64,000 bases of DNA, taken from the NCBI GenBank assembly GCA_963792965.1, contig CAWBYW010000007.1, forward strand, positions 192,001 through 256,000, given 5' to 3'. Positions 49,739-59,496 of this stretch are shown in pieces. How positions within the stretch are numbered: position 1 is the stretch's first letter; every line of letters begins with the position of its first letter. Below the pieces are notes generated by a model that was not told the origin of the DNA, did not search any database, and was given only the letters and a program-made list of their open reading frames with translations. The stretch is from an uncultured delta proteobacterium (GTDB lineage: Bacteria; Desulfobacterota; Zymogenia; Zymogenales; Zymogenaceae). The position numbers were made by a program, and so were the translations under genes.

Positions 49739-50418
49739 ACATCCAGCTTGTAGCCGATCCCCCTCACATTCTTTATCAGCGACGCGGCCTTTCCCATCTT
49801 CTTCCTGAGGTTTTTGACATGCATGTCGACCGTGCGATCGATAACGGTCTTCTCGTCCCCCCAGAGATAGTCGAGGATCCGGTCGCGCGTAAATACCATC
49901 CCCGGTTTTCCGGCCAGCAGCCTGAGGATCTTGAATTCCGTGGCGGTCAGATCGACTTTCCGGCCGGAGATCACCACCTCATATTTATCCACGTCAAGGC
50001 TCACGATATCCCCGATGGTGATCCTCTTCGACTCAGCGCCCGGCGCCTTCCGTGCGATGATTTTTTTTACCCGGACAACCAGCTCTTTGGGTGAAAAGGG
50101 TTTGGTAATGTAGTCGTCGGCGCCGAGCTCAAGGCCGAGGACCCTGTCGGACTCTTCTCCTTTTGCCGACAGGACGATGATGGGAATCTCGGAGTACTCA
50201 TCTTCTTTCTTCAACCGCTTGATGATCTCGATACCGTCCTCGTCCGGGAGCATCAGGTCAAGGACGATGAGGTCCGGCCGCTGCTTTTTGAGGAATTGGG
50301 ACAGACTCGTCCCGTCCAAGAAGCCATGCACGACAAAGCCGGCGCTTTTCAGATGAAGCGATACGAGCTCAACAATATCCGGCTCGTCGTCGACGACTGC
50401 GATATGAGGGACGTTCAT
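49735..50418 (-). CDS. phoB: OmpR/PhoB-family response regulator
   Basis: VVDDE, LDLMLP, GADDYITKPF, RTVDMHVKNLRKK, VRGIGYK; directly upstream of phoR. Confidence 0.9.
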   Translation of the reverse strand: MNVPHIAVVDDEPDIVELVSLHLKSAGFVVHGFLDGTSLSQFLKKQRPDLIVLDLMLPDEDGIEIIKRLKKEDEYSEIPIIVLSAKGEESDRVLGLELGADDYITKPFSPKELVVRVKKIIARKAPGAESKRITIGDIVSLDVDKYEVVISGRKVDLTATEFKILRLLAGKPGMVFTRDRILDYLWGDEKTVIDRTVDMHVKNLRKKMGKAASLIKNVRGIGYKLDV

Positions 50419-50674
50419 AGGGGTGTCACCGAAGGTTTGTGAGACGTGTATATCATCTTAACATACAATTGCAAATCGTCAATACGTTTTCTGGGGAAAA
50501 GATGCCCGTCCGACGTCCGTCACTCGCACGGGACCACGGCCCCTGATCGATCGATTAAGAAATGGTCCGAGATTCCACACAATCTCGAACCTATCAATAT
50601 TGCATCCTTATTTCATCCATGCTATTATATCGGCGGAATATGTACGATGTGTAATTTTTGAGAGATTTCTTGAT

Positions 50675-51610
50675 ATGGACCAAAAAGACAAGGCTGATAG
50701 CCGGCTGGTTATGAAGGGAGTCCTCTCGGTCCTTTCCCTTCCCGGTCTCATTCAAACGATTGACACGAAGAAGAAGATCCAGATCCGATTAAAGCCTGAG
50801 AGTAGGAGCATCGGAATGCTCTTTTTCTCCGAGGGGAAGATCGTGCACGCCTCCGTGGGCGATACGATCATGGGGAAAAAGGCGTTCTTCAGGATGATGG
50901 GATGGAAGGATATCCCTTTTGAGATGTTCGAGCTCATGAAAGACGCCGACGTCAATGAAACCAACATCTCGATGGAAACGATGGAACTGATCATCGAAGG
51001 AACCCGCCAGGTCGACGAAATAAACCGGCTCGAGGAGAGACTCCCTCTCTATTATAAGATCAAGGCCAACCCCTCAGGAGACGCACAAGTCAGTGATGGA
51101 GAATGGGGTATTCTCAAACTCATACAACCAGGAGACTTCGTGAGGAAGATACTCGACAAGAGTCCTGAGGACGACCTTTACATCTATCGAGCGCTGGTCT
51201 CTCTCATGGAGTCAAAGCTGATCTCGTTTTTGAGAATCAAGGTTCTCGTCATCGACGATAATCAGTTCTTTGCGGGGATCGTTAACGATGTCATAGAACG
51301 GCTCTTTAAGAGCCTCTTTACTACCCTTGTGGTGAACAGCGGCGAAAAAGGGATCGGCATCATCGAGGGCCTCAGTAAGCCGGATCTTGTGATCTCAGAC
51401 CTGATCATGGAGGGGAAAAACGGTTTTGACGTCATCGACGCCTCAAACAAGTATAATATACCGATTATGATTCTGACGTCGGAAAGAAGGAATAAGGACA
51501 AGATTGTCGAGAGCGGGGCCGTCTATATGCATAAGTCGGTGCTCGGAACCGATGAGTTCACCGACATCTTCCGGAAGTCTTTGTTTGAGATTTTGACTTC
51601 CAGCGATTAG
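50675..51610 (+). CDS. DUF4388/PATAN-domain protein with C-terminal receiver domain
   Basis: GVLSVLSLPGLIQ, GMLFFSEGKIVHA, GKKAFFRMMGW, ELIIEGTRQVDE; REC KVLVIDD..PDLVISD..ILTS..K. Confidence 0.8.
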   Translation: MDQKDKADSRLVMKGVLSVLSLPGLIQTIDTKKKIQIRLKPESRSIGMLFFSEGKIVHASVGDTIMGKKAFFRMMGWKDIPFEMFELMKDADVNETNISMETMELIIEGTRQVDEINRLEERLPLYYKIKANPSGDAQVSDGEWGILKLIQPGDFVRKILDKSPEDDLYIYRALVSLMESKLISFLRIKVLVIDDNQFFAGIVNDVIERLFKSLFTTLVVNSGEKGIGIIEGLSKPDLVISDLIMEGKNGFDVIDASNKYNIPIMILTSERRNKDKIVESGAVYMHKSVLGTDEFTDIFRKSLFEILTSSD

Positions 51611-51682
51611 TCCCGACGGACGCCTCCATCCCCTTCGTGGGACCGGCGAAACGTAAGCTGTTATTACTCTCGGGATTGTTCT

Positions 51683-51704
51683 GCGCCGAAATCGGCGCTT
51701 TTTT
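51683..51704 (+). terminator. Intrinsic terminator
   Basis: GCGCCG-aaat-CGGCGC-TTTTTT. Confidence 0.7.
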
Positions 51705-51801
51705 GTTTCTGTTGTGGAAACTGCCGAGCTCGCCGGACGTCCAACTGCCGAGGTTACGCCGGTGCCGCCGATCAGCTGCCCGCACGGCCGTCCGGGACTC
51801 A

Positions 51802-52086
51802 TCAATAATTTTCGTCTACCCTTTTCTTGAGCTCCCTGCCAACTTTAAAGAACGGAAGTCTCTTTTCCTTCACCTGAATCTTGTCGCCCGTTTTCGGGTT
51901 CCTGCCTGTATACGGCTTATACTGTTTTACGATGAAGCTGCCGAACCCGCGTATTTCTATCTTGTCGCTTTTCTTTAGCGTTTCGGTCATCTCATCGAAT
52001 ATCAGATTTATCACTATCTCGGATTTCTTTTGGGTAAGGTTGATTCGTTTCGCGAGGACCTCGATCAGATCAGATTTATTCATCAT
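51802..52086 (-). CDS. Integration host factor beta-like / HU-family DNA-binding protein
   Basis: MNKSDLIE, IEIRGFGSF, YTGRNPKTG, PFFKVGRELKKRV. Confidence 0.93.
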   Translation of the reverse strand: MMNKSDLIEVLAKRINLTQKKSEIVINLIFDEMTETLKKSDKIEIRGFGSFIVKQYKPYTGRNPKTGDKIQVKEKRLPFFKVGRELKKRVDENY

Positions 52087-52112
52087 ACGGCCCCCTGGAG
52101 GAATTACGGTAA

Positions 52113-52188
52113 TGGTGCCCCCGACAGGATTCGAACCTGTGGCACACGGATTAGGAATCCGTTGCTCTATCCCCTGAGCTACGGGGGC
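52113..52188 (-). tRNA. tRNA-Arg(CCT)
   Basis: Cloverleaf GCCCCCG.../CGGGGGC-ACCA; anticodon arm ACGGA-TTCCTAA-TCCGT; T-loop TTCGAAT. Confidence 0.97.
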
Positions 52189-52511
52189 GGACTTCTCTAT
52201 CTATTTTAACAAACATAAAAACCATGAGCCAAAACGTTTAGAACATTAGCATTTTTTCTTATTTGTGTCAAGAAGATAGTTGGTTTTTCCCCTGTCGCGC
52301 GGCCTCTTTTTGACATCAGGATTTTTTCTATATCAACGCACCTATAACGGCAATATAGCTTTATGTATACCATCGTATCTATCCTCAGTCCCTTGTTGGG
52401 TGTCGTCCCTCGTGAGTCCACTCAATAATGCATATCTAAATTAAGTTGATTATTATAATTTATATGGTAAACTTTGATCTCATCTTCCTTCACAAGGGCT
52501 TGGAGGCATAC

Positions 52512-53039
52512 ATGAAATACGCACACCCGCTGGGTCTTACCGCAACCAGGAGGACGTTCCTCAAGGTCCTGACTTGTGCCGGTGTCGCTGCCGTATGGGC
52601 CGGCCTTCCCGGATGCGCGCCCGACGGCAAGGCTCCCTCGGACTTGACGTTTCTTGACGCGAGCACCTATGGCGTCATTCGGGCGCTGGCCGAGCGTGTT
52701 ATACCCGCCGGCGGCGCCTTTCCCGAAGGGGCGGACGATGTGGACGTGGTTCGTTACTTCGACTCCATCGTTTCGGCCCAGCCCCCAGAGATTCAAAAAG
52801 ACATGAAGAGCGGGATACTCCTTCTTGAATACCGCGCCCTCTTCTTTCGCCTTTCATTCAAGCGCTTCACCGAGATGACGCCGGACACGCAGGACGCCTA
52901 CCTGAGAAGCTGGGAGACCAGCTCGATTCCCCTCTTCCGGGGGGTGTTTTGGGGATTCAAGAAGATCTGCTGCCTCGGCTTCTTTTCCAACGAAAAGATC
53001 TGGCCGCGTATCGCTTACGACGGCCGCTGGATCTCTTAA
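52512..53039 (+). CDS. Gluconate 2-dehydrogenase subunit 3-like protein with Tat signal
   Basis: TRRTFLK twin-arginine motif, ALAERVIP, RFTEMTP..QDAYL..W, YDG; precedes a GMC gene. Confidence 0.75.
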   Translation: MKYAHPLGLTATRRTFLKVLTCAGVAAVWAGLPGCAPDGKAPSDLTFLDASTYGVIRALAERVIPAGGAFPEGADDVDVVRYFDSIVSAQPPEIQKDMKSGILLLEYRALFFRLSFKRFTEMTPDTQDAYLRSWETSSIPLFRGVFWGFKKICCLGFFSNEKIWPRIAYDGRWIS

Positions 53040-53053
53040 CCAGAGAGGGTGCC

Positions 53054-54583
53054 ATGATAATCTATCCCGACACGATAACAAAAGATCTGAGCGACTCCGC
53101 CGACGTCTGCATCATCGGCTCAGGCTCGGCGGGCGCCGTCGTCGCGATGGAGATGGCCGAGGCGGGGCTTTCGGTCATCCTATTGGAGGAGGGCGACCAC
53201 TTCGCCGCGGCGGATCTCAACCAGGATGAACGGGATATGCTTGCCCGGCTCTACCGACAGCGATACACAAAGGACCTCTCCATCGCCCTGACCCAGGCGA
53301 TCTGCCTCGGCGGGGGACCGGTCATCAACATGGCCGACTGTGTCCGCACCCCCGATCCCGTATTCGTCATGTGGCAAAAAGAATTCGGGATCGACGACAT
53401 ATCGCCCGAGACGATGCGTCCCTACTTCGAGAAAGCCGAGCGGATCCTCAAGGCCGCTAAGATCACCGAGGGGGCGCTTAATCCGAACAACCGGATCGTG
53501 AAGCGCGGATCGGAAAAGCTCGGATATAGGGGCGATACCTTCGTCAACAACCGGGTGGACTGCCTCGGGTGCGGCTTCTGCCTCCTCGGCTGCACCTACG
53601 ACCGTAAGCAGGCTACCACACTCAACTATATCCCGAGGGCCCTTTCGGCCGGCGCCAAGATCTATGTCTCGACGCGCGCCGATCGGATCCAGGTGAAGGA
53701 AGGGAAAGCCCACCGGGTCATCGGGGCCGTGCTCGATCCGAAAACGAAAAAGGCGCGCGCCGCAATCGACGTGAAGGCAAAGCTCATCATGCTCGCCGCA
53801 AATACCATCAACAGCGCCCAGATATTGCTTGGCTCGAAAATCGGCAACAGCAGCGGCCTGGTCGGGAAAAACCTCATGCTGCAGCCCCATACGATGGTAT
53901 CGGCGTTTTTTGACGAGGAGCTCAGGAGTTACCGGGGCATCCCCCAGTCATACGTCTGCAATCGCTTCGAGGAGATCAGTGAGGAAAAGGGACTTTCGGG
54001 CTTTCGCGTCGAGGGGGGATTCACCATGCCTGGGCAGGTCTCCACGATTATTCCGGGCTTCGGCCCCGGCATCAAGGAGCTCATGACCCGCTACAACTAT
54101 ATGGCCAACGTAATGGTGCTCGTCTACGACGAGCCGACGGGAGAGGTCTCGATCAATCGGCATGGAAGGCCTATCGTCACCTACTCCATGACCGATGACG
54201 TGAAGGCCCGGATGATAACAGGCATGAAGGAAGCGGCGCGGATCTTTTTTGCCGCGGGGGCAAAGCAGGTCATGTTCACCTATGAGACGCCCACGATCAT
54301 CGACGACGTGTCGAAGGTCTCCATCGTGGACACTCGCGGCATAAGGCCCGATACGCTTACCCTTATGTCGTTCCATATGCAGGGGACCTGCCGGATGGGG
54401 CCGGACCCGACGACGAGCGTCGTGGACAGCTACCTTGAGTCCCACGACGTGAAGAACCTCTTTGTCGTGGACGCTTCAGTAACGCCGTCAACGGCAAGCT
54501 CCCACAACATGCTCCCGATCATGGCGATGGCCCATCGAACGGCGGACTACATCCTGGCCAATCGCGACCGCTACTTCGGATAA
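53054..54583 (+). CDS. GMC-family FAD oxidoreductase with Fe-S motif
   Basis: DVCIIGSGSAG, LEEG, CLGCGFCLLGC, HMQGTCRMG, NLFVVDAS. Confidence 0.9.
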   Translation: MIIYPDTITKDLSDSADVCIIGSGSAGAVVAMEMAEAGLSVILLEEGDHFAAADLNQDERDMLARLYRQRYTKDLSIALTQAICLGGGPVINMADCVRTPDPVFVMWQKEFGIDDISPETMRPYFEKAERILKAAKITEGALNPNNRIVKRGSEKLGYRGDTFVNNRVDCLGCGFCLLGCTYDRKQATTLNYIPRALSAGAKIYVSTRADRIQVKEGKAHRVIGAVLDPKTKKARAAIDVKAKLIMLAANTINSAQILLGSKIGNSSGLVGKNLMLQPHTMVSAFFDEELRSYRGIPQSYVCNRFEEISEEKGLSGFRVEGGFTMPGQVSTIIPGFGPGIKELMTRYNYMANVMVLVYDEPTGEVSINRHGRPIVTYSMTDDVKARMITGMKEAARIFFAAGAKQVMFTYETPTIIDDVSKVSIVDTRGIRPDTLTLMSFHMQGTCRMGPDPTTSVVDSYLESHDVKNLFVVDASVTPSTASSHNMLPIMAMAHRTADYILANRDRYFG

Positions 54584-54607
54584 CGACTCAATCTTTTCTC
54601 GACAAGA

Positions 54608-54648
54608 AGCGGCGCCCATGATGGTCGCATGAGGCGCCGCTCTTTTTT
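54608..54648 (+). terminator. Intrinsic terminator between convergent genes
   Basis: AGCGGCGCC-CATG...CATG-a-GGCGCCGCT-c-TTTTTT. Confidence 0.75.
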
Positions 54649-54650
54649 CC

Positions 54651-55211
54651 TCAAGTCCGGGAAATTTGTGCGATCATCTCGTCGGTCGTCACCACCCGAG
54701 AGAAGCCTGACGCCTGGACCGCGCATGTGGCCGCGTGTATCGTCGATGCGGAAAGGTCGCCGAGCGCGATGGCCGCCGTCGCGTCTTTCACGAAGTATAC
54801 CGTATAGCCGCGGGCGTTGGCGTCACGGGCCGTCGTATCGCAGCACATAAAGGACATCAGGCCGCAGACGATAACAGAATCGATGCCGCGCCGCTCAAGT
54901 TCAGTTTCCAGATTCGTGAGATAAAACGAGCTCGGCCTCGTCTTTGTAATGACCATCTCTCCATCCTCGGGAAGCAGACCCTCGACAAAATCAACGGCGT
55001 CCGTCCCTGCCTGGAAGGTAGCGTTAAGCGGTCTGGCGCTGATATGCCTGACGTGAATGACCGGAACTCCGTGTCCACGAGCGGCGGCCACCAGGCCCGT
55101 GATTTTTCTTTTCACCTCAGGGCCGTCGGGAACCTCGAGGAAGCCCCCCTTCTTGAAATACTCCTTTTGCATGTCTATGACGATGACGGCGCACTTCTCT
55201 TCGGATCCCAT
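54651..55211 (-). CDS. Isochorismatase-family cysteine hydrolase
   Basis: VIVIDMQ, ITKTRPSSF, GLMSFMCCDTTARDA..GY. Confidence 0.92.
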   Translation of the reverse strand: MGSEEKCAVIVIDMQKEYFKKGGFLEVPDGPEVKRKITGLVAAARGHGVPVIHVRHISARPLNATFQAGTDAVDFVEGLLPEDGEMVITKTRPSSFYLTNLETELERRGIDSVIVCGLMSFMCCDTTARDANARGYTVYFVKDATAAIALGDLSASTIHAATCAVQASGFSRVVTTDEMIAQISRT

Positions 55212-55236
55212 TGTTCACCTCAATGATTAGTACCTT

Positions 55237-56958
55237 TCACTCAAGATAGAGCGGCACAAAATCAAATCTCGTCACGTCTACGAGCCCCCGGTCGGTGATC
55301 CTGAGCTTCGGAATGACGGGCAGCGGTAAAAACGACAGGCTCATGAACGGGTTCTTGAGCACGCAACCGGCGGATCCTGCCGCCCTCACGGTCTGTGCAG
55401 ACCTCGCGTCCACTTCCTCGAGGGGACGATCGCTCATGAGCCCGGCCACGGGCAGCGCGAGCTCGGAGACCACCCTTCCGCCGACCGTGACAACCTGTCC
55501 ACCTCCGAGCTCGACGATCCTCAATGCGGCCGCAAACATGTCCTCATCGTTTGCTCCCACGACGATGATGTTGTGAGAATCATGGCCCACCGACGATCCG
55601 ATCGCCCCGGACGTGAGCCCGAATCCCGACACAAAGCCGACGGCGACATTTCCCGTCGCGTGGTGTCGCTCGATCACCGCCACCTTAAGGATATCTCGAT
55701 CCGTGTCCGAGACGGCGTGACCTTCTCTTTCTGTTAGGATCGTCTCTGTCTGATCGGTAACGATCTGGCCCGGAATCAGCCGTATCACCCGCGCGGGAGA
55801 GTGCCGGTACGGTACGGACAAGGACTCTCTTGTCAGCCGCGCAGTTTTCATCGGCACGCGGGGCATCCGATGCGAGCCGTCTCTTTCAAACGTCGGCACT
55901 CCGTTCCGGGCAACAACCATTCCCTTCTTTAAGACGAGAGACACGTTGAAACTCTTGAGATCGTCCATAACGGCGACGTCGGCCTGTTTCCCGGGAGACA
56001 GCGCCCCGATATGGGTAAGTCCCGCTCGCAGCGCCGGGACCACCGTCGCCATCCTTATCGCCGTTACAGGATCGAGCCCCGAGTCCACGGCCTTGCGGAG
56101 GAAATAGTCGATGTATCCCCTCCGCGCAAGATCACCGGCGGTAATATCATCGCCGACAAAAGTGAAAAGCCAGAAGTTCTTCTCATTCACCAGTACGATA
56201 AGCTCATCGAGATTCCTGGCGTCGGTCCCCTCCCGAATCATTATGAACATCCCCTTCTCGAGCTTTTCACGCGCCTCGGCGCGTTTCGTGCACTCGTGGT
56301 CCGAGCCGATCCCCGCCGAGATATAGGCGGAAAGGTCGTATCCCGTCACGAGCGGCGCGTGTCCGTCGACCATCTTCCCGGCTCGCTTCGTCATGAGTAT
56401 CTTTTCCAACAGGTCAGCGGCGCCCGCGATGACGCCGGGGAAATTCATTACCTCGCCGAGTCCCAGTACCCACCCCTCATTGATCAGCTCCGAGAGATCC
56501 TGAGACGAGAGGCGGGCTCCCGACGTCTCCATCGTGGTAGCCGGCACGCAGGAGGGCAGGACGAAATAGACCTCAAGGGGAGACGAGAGCGCGTCGTCGT
56601 GCATGGCGACGATTCCAGCCGTTCCGGTGACATTTGCGATCTCATGGGGGTCCGCGATGATCGTGGTGGTGCCCCGCGGAATGACTCCCCGAGCGAACTC
56701 GGAGGGGATAAGGCACGAGCTCTCGATGTGAATGTGACTGTCGATAAAACCCGGGCAGAGGTACTTGCCCGCGACGTCAATAATTTCGGCTCCCCGGTAC
56801 TCCCCGACCCCAGCTATGTGACCTGCGAAAATTCCGAGGTCGCCGGAGGCGATCTCCCCGGTCAGGACGTTGACGATCTTTCCTCCCGTAAGGACGACAT
56901 CGCACGGCCTCCTGCGTCCCGCCGCTTCGATGATCCCCCTGAGCTCTTCGTTATCCAT
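55237..56958 (-). CDS. ade: Adenine deaminase
   Basis: PGFIDSHIHIESS, DPHEIANV, EVMNFPGV, DGHAP, DHEC, GHDSHN, LPVIPKLRITD. Confidence 0.95.
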   Translation of the reverse strand: MDNEELRGIIEAAGRRRPCDVVLTGGKIVNVLTGEIASGDLGIFAGHIAGVGEYRGAEIIDVAGKYLCPGFIDSHIHIESSCLIPSEFARGVIPRGTTTIIADPHEIANVTGTAGIVAMHDDALSSPLEVYFVLPSCVPATTMETSGARLSSQDLSELINEGWVLGLGEVMNFPGVIAGAADLLEKILMTKRAGKMVDGHAPLVTGYDLSAYISAGIGSDHECTKRAEAREKLEKGMFIMIREGTDARNLDELIVLVNEKNFWLFTFVGDDITAGDLARRGYIDYFLRKAVDSGLDPVTAIRMATVVPALRAGLTHIGALSPGKQADVAVMDDLKSFNVSLVLKKGMVVARNGVPTFERDGSHRMPRVPMKTARLTRESLSVPYRHSPARVIRLIPGQIVTDQTETILTEREGHAVSDTDRDILKVAVIERHHATGNVAVGFVSGFGLTSGAIGSSVGHDSHNIIVVGANDEDMFAAALRIVELGGGQVVTVGGRVVSELALPVAGLMSDRPLEEVDARSAQTVRAAGSAGCVLKNPFMSLSFLPLPVIPKLRITDRGLVDVTRFDFVPLYLE

Positions 56959-56964
56959 ACGCCT

Positions 56965-57627
56965 TTACGGAAGAAAAAAGAGAGGGTTCCTGACCTTGCC
57001 GTCCTTATGGACCTCAAAATGGAGGTGCGGCCCGGTCGATTTCCCGGTGCTCCCCATGAGGCCGATCTTTTCCCCGCGCGTCACGGTATCGCCCTGCTCC
57101 ACCGCTATCGCGGAGAGGTGGCCGTAGTAGGTCTCGTAATCATCGGGGTGCCTGAGAATGATGAGGTTACCGTAGCCCCCCTTTCGTCCCGCGAATTCGA
57201 CCGTGCCGTCTTTTGCGGCCACCACCGGCGTCCCGGTCTTCCCTGAGATGTCCAGGCCCTCGTGCATCTCGCCCCACCGCGCCCCAAAGAGCGAATAGAC
57301 CACCCCCTCTGTCGGCCACCCGAACATCCCCTTGTTGACGACGATATTCCCGGAGCCTTCGTCGCCGCCCTTATAGACTTCGACGTCGAGCTTCTTGCCG
57401 GCACCCGGGATGAACAGTTCCTGTCCCGTATAAATGAGGTTTTTATCGTAGATATCGTTGTATTCGGCGATCACCTGCATATCGACGCCGTACGTCTTGG
57501 AGATCCGCCAGAGGGTCTGACCCTTCTTCACCGTATGATAGACCCCGCCGGTCGACGTGGTCGTGACACACGAGAAAAGTAGTGTCATCAGCACCAGGAG
57601 CACTATTGATATGATCGTTTTCTTCAT
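56965..57627 (-). CDS. LysM plus M23 peptidase lipoprotein (NlpD-like, Zn motifs intact)
   Basis: LFSC lipobox, YHTVKKGQTLWRIS LysM, HEGLD, YGHL, STGPHLHFE. Confidence 0.92.
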   Translation of the reverse strand: MKKTIISIVLLVLMTLLFSCVTTTSTGGVYHTVKKGQTLWRISKTYGVDMQVIAEYNDIYDKNLIYTGQELFIPGAGKKLDVEVYKGGDEGSGNIVVNKGMFGWPTEGVVYSLFGARWGEMHEGLDISGKTGTPVVAAKDGTVEFAGRKGGYGNLIILRHPDDYETYYGHLSAIAVEQGDTVTRGEKIGLMGSTGKSTGPHLHFEVHKDGKVRNPLFFLP

Positions 57628-58076
57628 GTTATCGAGCCTGCCGCCATCTCAACGGCCTCCTTCGGCGTTTCGGCGACGATTACCCCCTTGATCGTTTTCC
57701 ACGCGCCGAGGACTATAACCGGCTTATGCATCTTGAGGGCGAGCGCTATCTCGGAAAGAGTCCCGTTGCCCCCGGGCAGCGCGATTACGGCGTCCGCGGA
57801 TTTCACCACTAAAACGTTTCTGGCATGCCCCATGCCGGTGACCACCGCACAATCGATGAACCGATTTGCATCTGAGCGCCTCTCTCCCGGGAGAATACCG
57901 ACCGTTGTTCCGCCCTGCTCCTTGGCCCCTCGGGCCGCCCACTCCATCGCGCCGAAAAGACCCCCACAGACGAGCACCGCGCCGAGCCGCCCGATCTCCC
58001 TTCCGATCTCTCGGGCCGTTTCCCGCGTCACCGTGTCCGATTTTCCCGAGCCGATCACTCCAATCTGGACGGGCAT
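57624..58076 (-). CDS. TIGR00725 / LOG-like (SLOG) Rossmann protein
   Basis: IGVIGSG, LVCGG..GAME, GMGHARN, PGGNGTLSE. Confidence 0.9.
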   Translation of the reverse strand: MPVQIGVIGSGKSDTVTRETAREIGREIGRLGAVLVCGGLFGAMEWAARGAKEQGGTTVGILPGERRSDANRFIDCAVVTGMGHARNVLVVKSADAVIALPGGNGTLSEIALALKMHKPVIVLGAWKTIKGVIVAETPKEAVEMAAGSIT

Positions 58077-58103
58077 TCCCTCACCTCCGGGGATCCTTTA
58101 TCA

Positions 58104-58733
58104 TCAGGTGGCCCTGCTCCTTTTGTGTCTGAGATGTCGGTATACGAAATAGACGAAGGCGACCAGCAGCAGCAGTGCGACCGTAATTGAAACCGGTTCT
58201 GAATAGTGCTTTATCTCGCCCCAGTTTTCTCCCAAAAGGTAGCCGCCATATGTCAAAATGCAGTTCCAGCTCGTTGCGCCGGCGATCGTATAGAAGGAAA
58301 ACCTCTTCAGATTCATGTTACCGATTCCGGCGGGAATAGAAATAAGGTGTCGCACCACCGGAATGAATCTGCTGATGAATATCGTGTATTCACCTCTCTT
58401 GCTGAACCATTCTTCCGTTCTGTAGAGATCGTCGGTGTCCAACAGGACGTATTTGCCGTACTTTACGATCAGCTGATTTCCGCCGTATTTGCCCATGGAG
58501 TAGGAGATCAGGGAGCCGACGATGCTCCCCAACGAGCTGGCTATGACGACAAAGACGAACGTGAAATTACCCTGCGCCACCAGGAAACCCGCAAACGGCA
58601 ACACCAGCTCCGACGGCATCGGGATCACCATGCTCTCCATGACCATCAGGAAGAAGACCCCGGGGTAGCCGATGGTCGAAATAACGCCTATTGCGAATAG
58701 ACCCAGATATTCCATTACTTCATTTAACCCCAT
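58104..58733 (-). CDS. DedA-family membrane protein
   Basis: MVMESMVIPMPSELVLPFAGF, SRFIPVVRHLISIPAG. Confidence 0.92.
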   Translation of the reverse strand: MGLNEVMEYLGLFAIGVISTIGYPGVFFLMVMESMVIPMPSELVLPFAGFLVAQGNFTFVFVVIASSLGSIVGSLISYSMGKYGGNQLIVKYGKYVLLDTDDLYRTEEWFSKRGEYTIFISRFIPVVRHLISIPAGIGNMNLKRFSFYTIAGATSWNCILTYGGYLLGENWGEIKHYSEPVSITVALLLLVAFVYFVYRHLRHKRSRAT

Positions 58734-58842
58734 TCTGTCATCCCTTCGTGCGCGGCCGCCAACGAAGCCGCGACGCCACACGATGTGTCGGTCCGGTGGA
58801 TAATCCGGTTATAGGTCACTTTCCCGAACCGTAAAAAACGAC

Positions 58843-59496
58843 CTAATCCAGCCACCCGTAGTCTCCTATCAACTTAACAAACCTGCACGAGCCGAGGTTC
58901 TTCTGGGTTACGTTGTGGTCTTTCTTGATGACCTGTATCAGATCCTGCGACGACCTCCCCCCCACCGGGATCACCATTCTTCCCCCGTCCCCCATCTGAT
59001 CGACGAGCGGCTGCGGAATATCGGGCGAGGCCGCGGCTACGATAATCGCATCAAACGGACGCTCCTCGATCCATCCGTGGGTGCCGTCATCCACCTTTAT
59101 GTGAACGTTCCTATAGCCGAGTGCCTTGAGCAGCCCGTCTGCGCGCGCGGCAAGCTCCGTGATTCTCTCGATAGAATAGATGTCCCGTGCGATCTCGGCC
59201 AGTATTGCCGCCTGGTATCCCGACCCCGTGCCGATTTCCAGGACCCGGTCATCGTGCGTCAGCCGCAGGCTCTCGGTCATCAGGGCGACGATATAGGGTT
59301 GTGAAATAGTCTGGCCGTCTCCGATGGGGAGCGGATAGTCGTTATAGGCCTGGCCCTGGAGGGCCTCTTCGACGAAGAGGTGCCGAGGCACCGTGAGAAA
59401 CGCCCGAATCGTCGACTCATCACGGATCCCGCGGCCGATGATCTGAATATCGACCATCCTCCTGCGTGCTATCTCAAAGCGGTCTTGATCTTCCAC
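58843..59496 (-). CDS. pcm: Protein-L-isoaspartate O-methyltransferase
   Basis: VPRHLFV, GQTISQPY, VLEIGTGSGYQAA, PFDAI. Confidence 0.96.
   Translation of the reverse strand: MEDQDRFEIARRRMVDIQIIGRGIRDESTIRAFLTVPRHLFVEEALQGQAYNDYPLPIGDGQTISQPYIVALMTESLRLTHDDRVLEIGTGSGYQAAILAEIARDIYSIERITELAARADGLLKALGYRNVHIKVDDGTHGWIEERPFDAIIVAAASPDIPQPLVDQMGDGGRMVIPVGGRSSQDLIQVIKKDHNVTQKNLGSCRFVKLIGDYGWLD

Noticed and set aside
52113-52510. tRNA-Arg with an adjacent AT-rich stretch as a possible integration site
   Set aside because: No integrase and no duplicated tRNA 3' end noticed; the AT-rich part is on the promoter side
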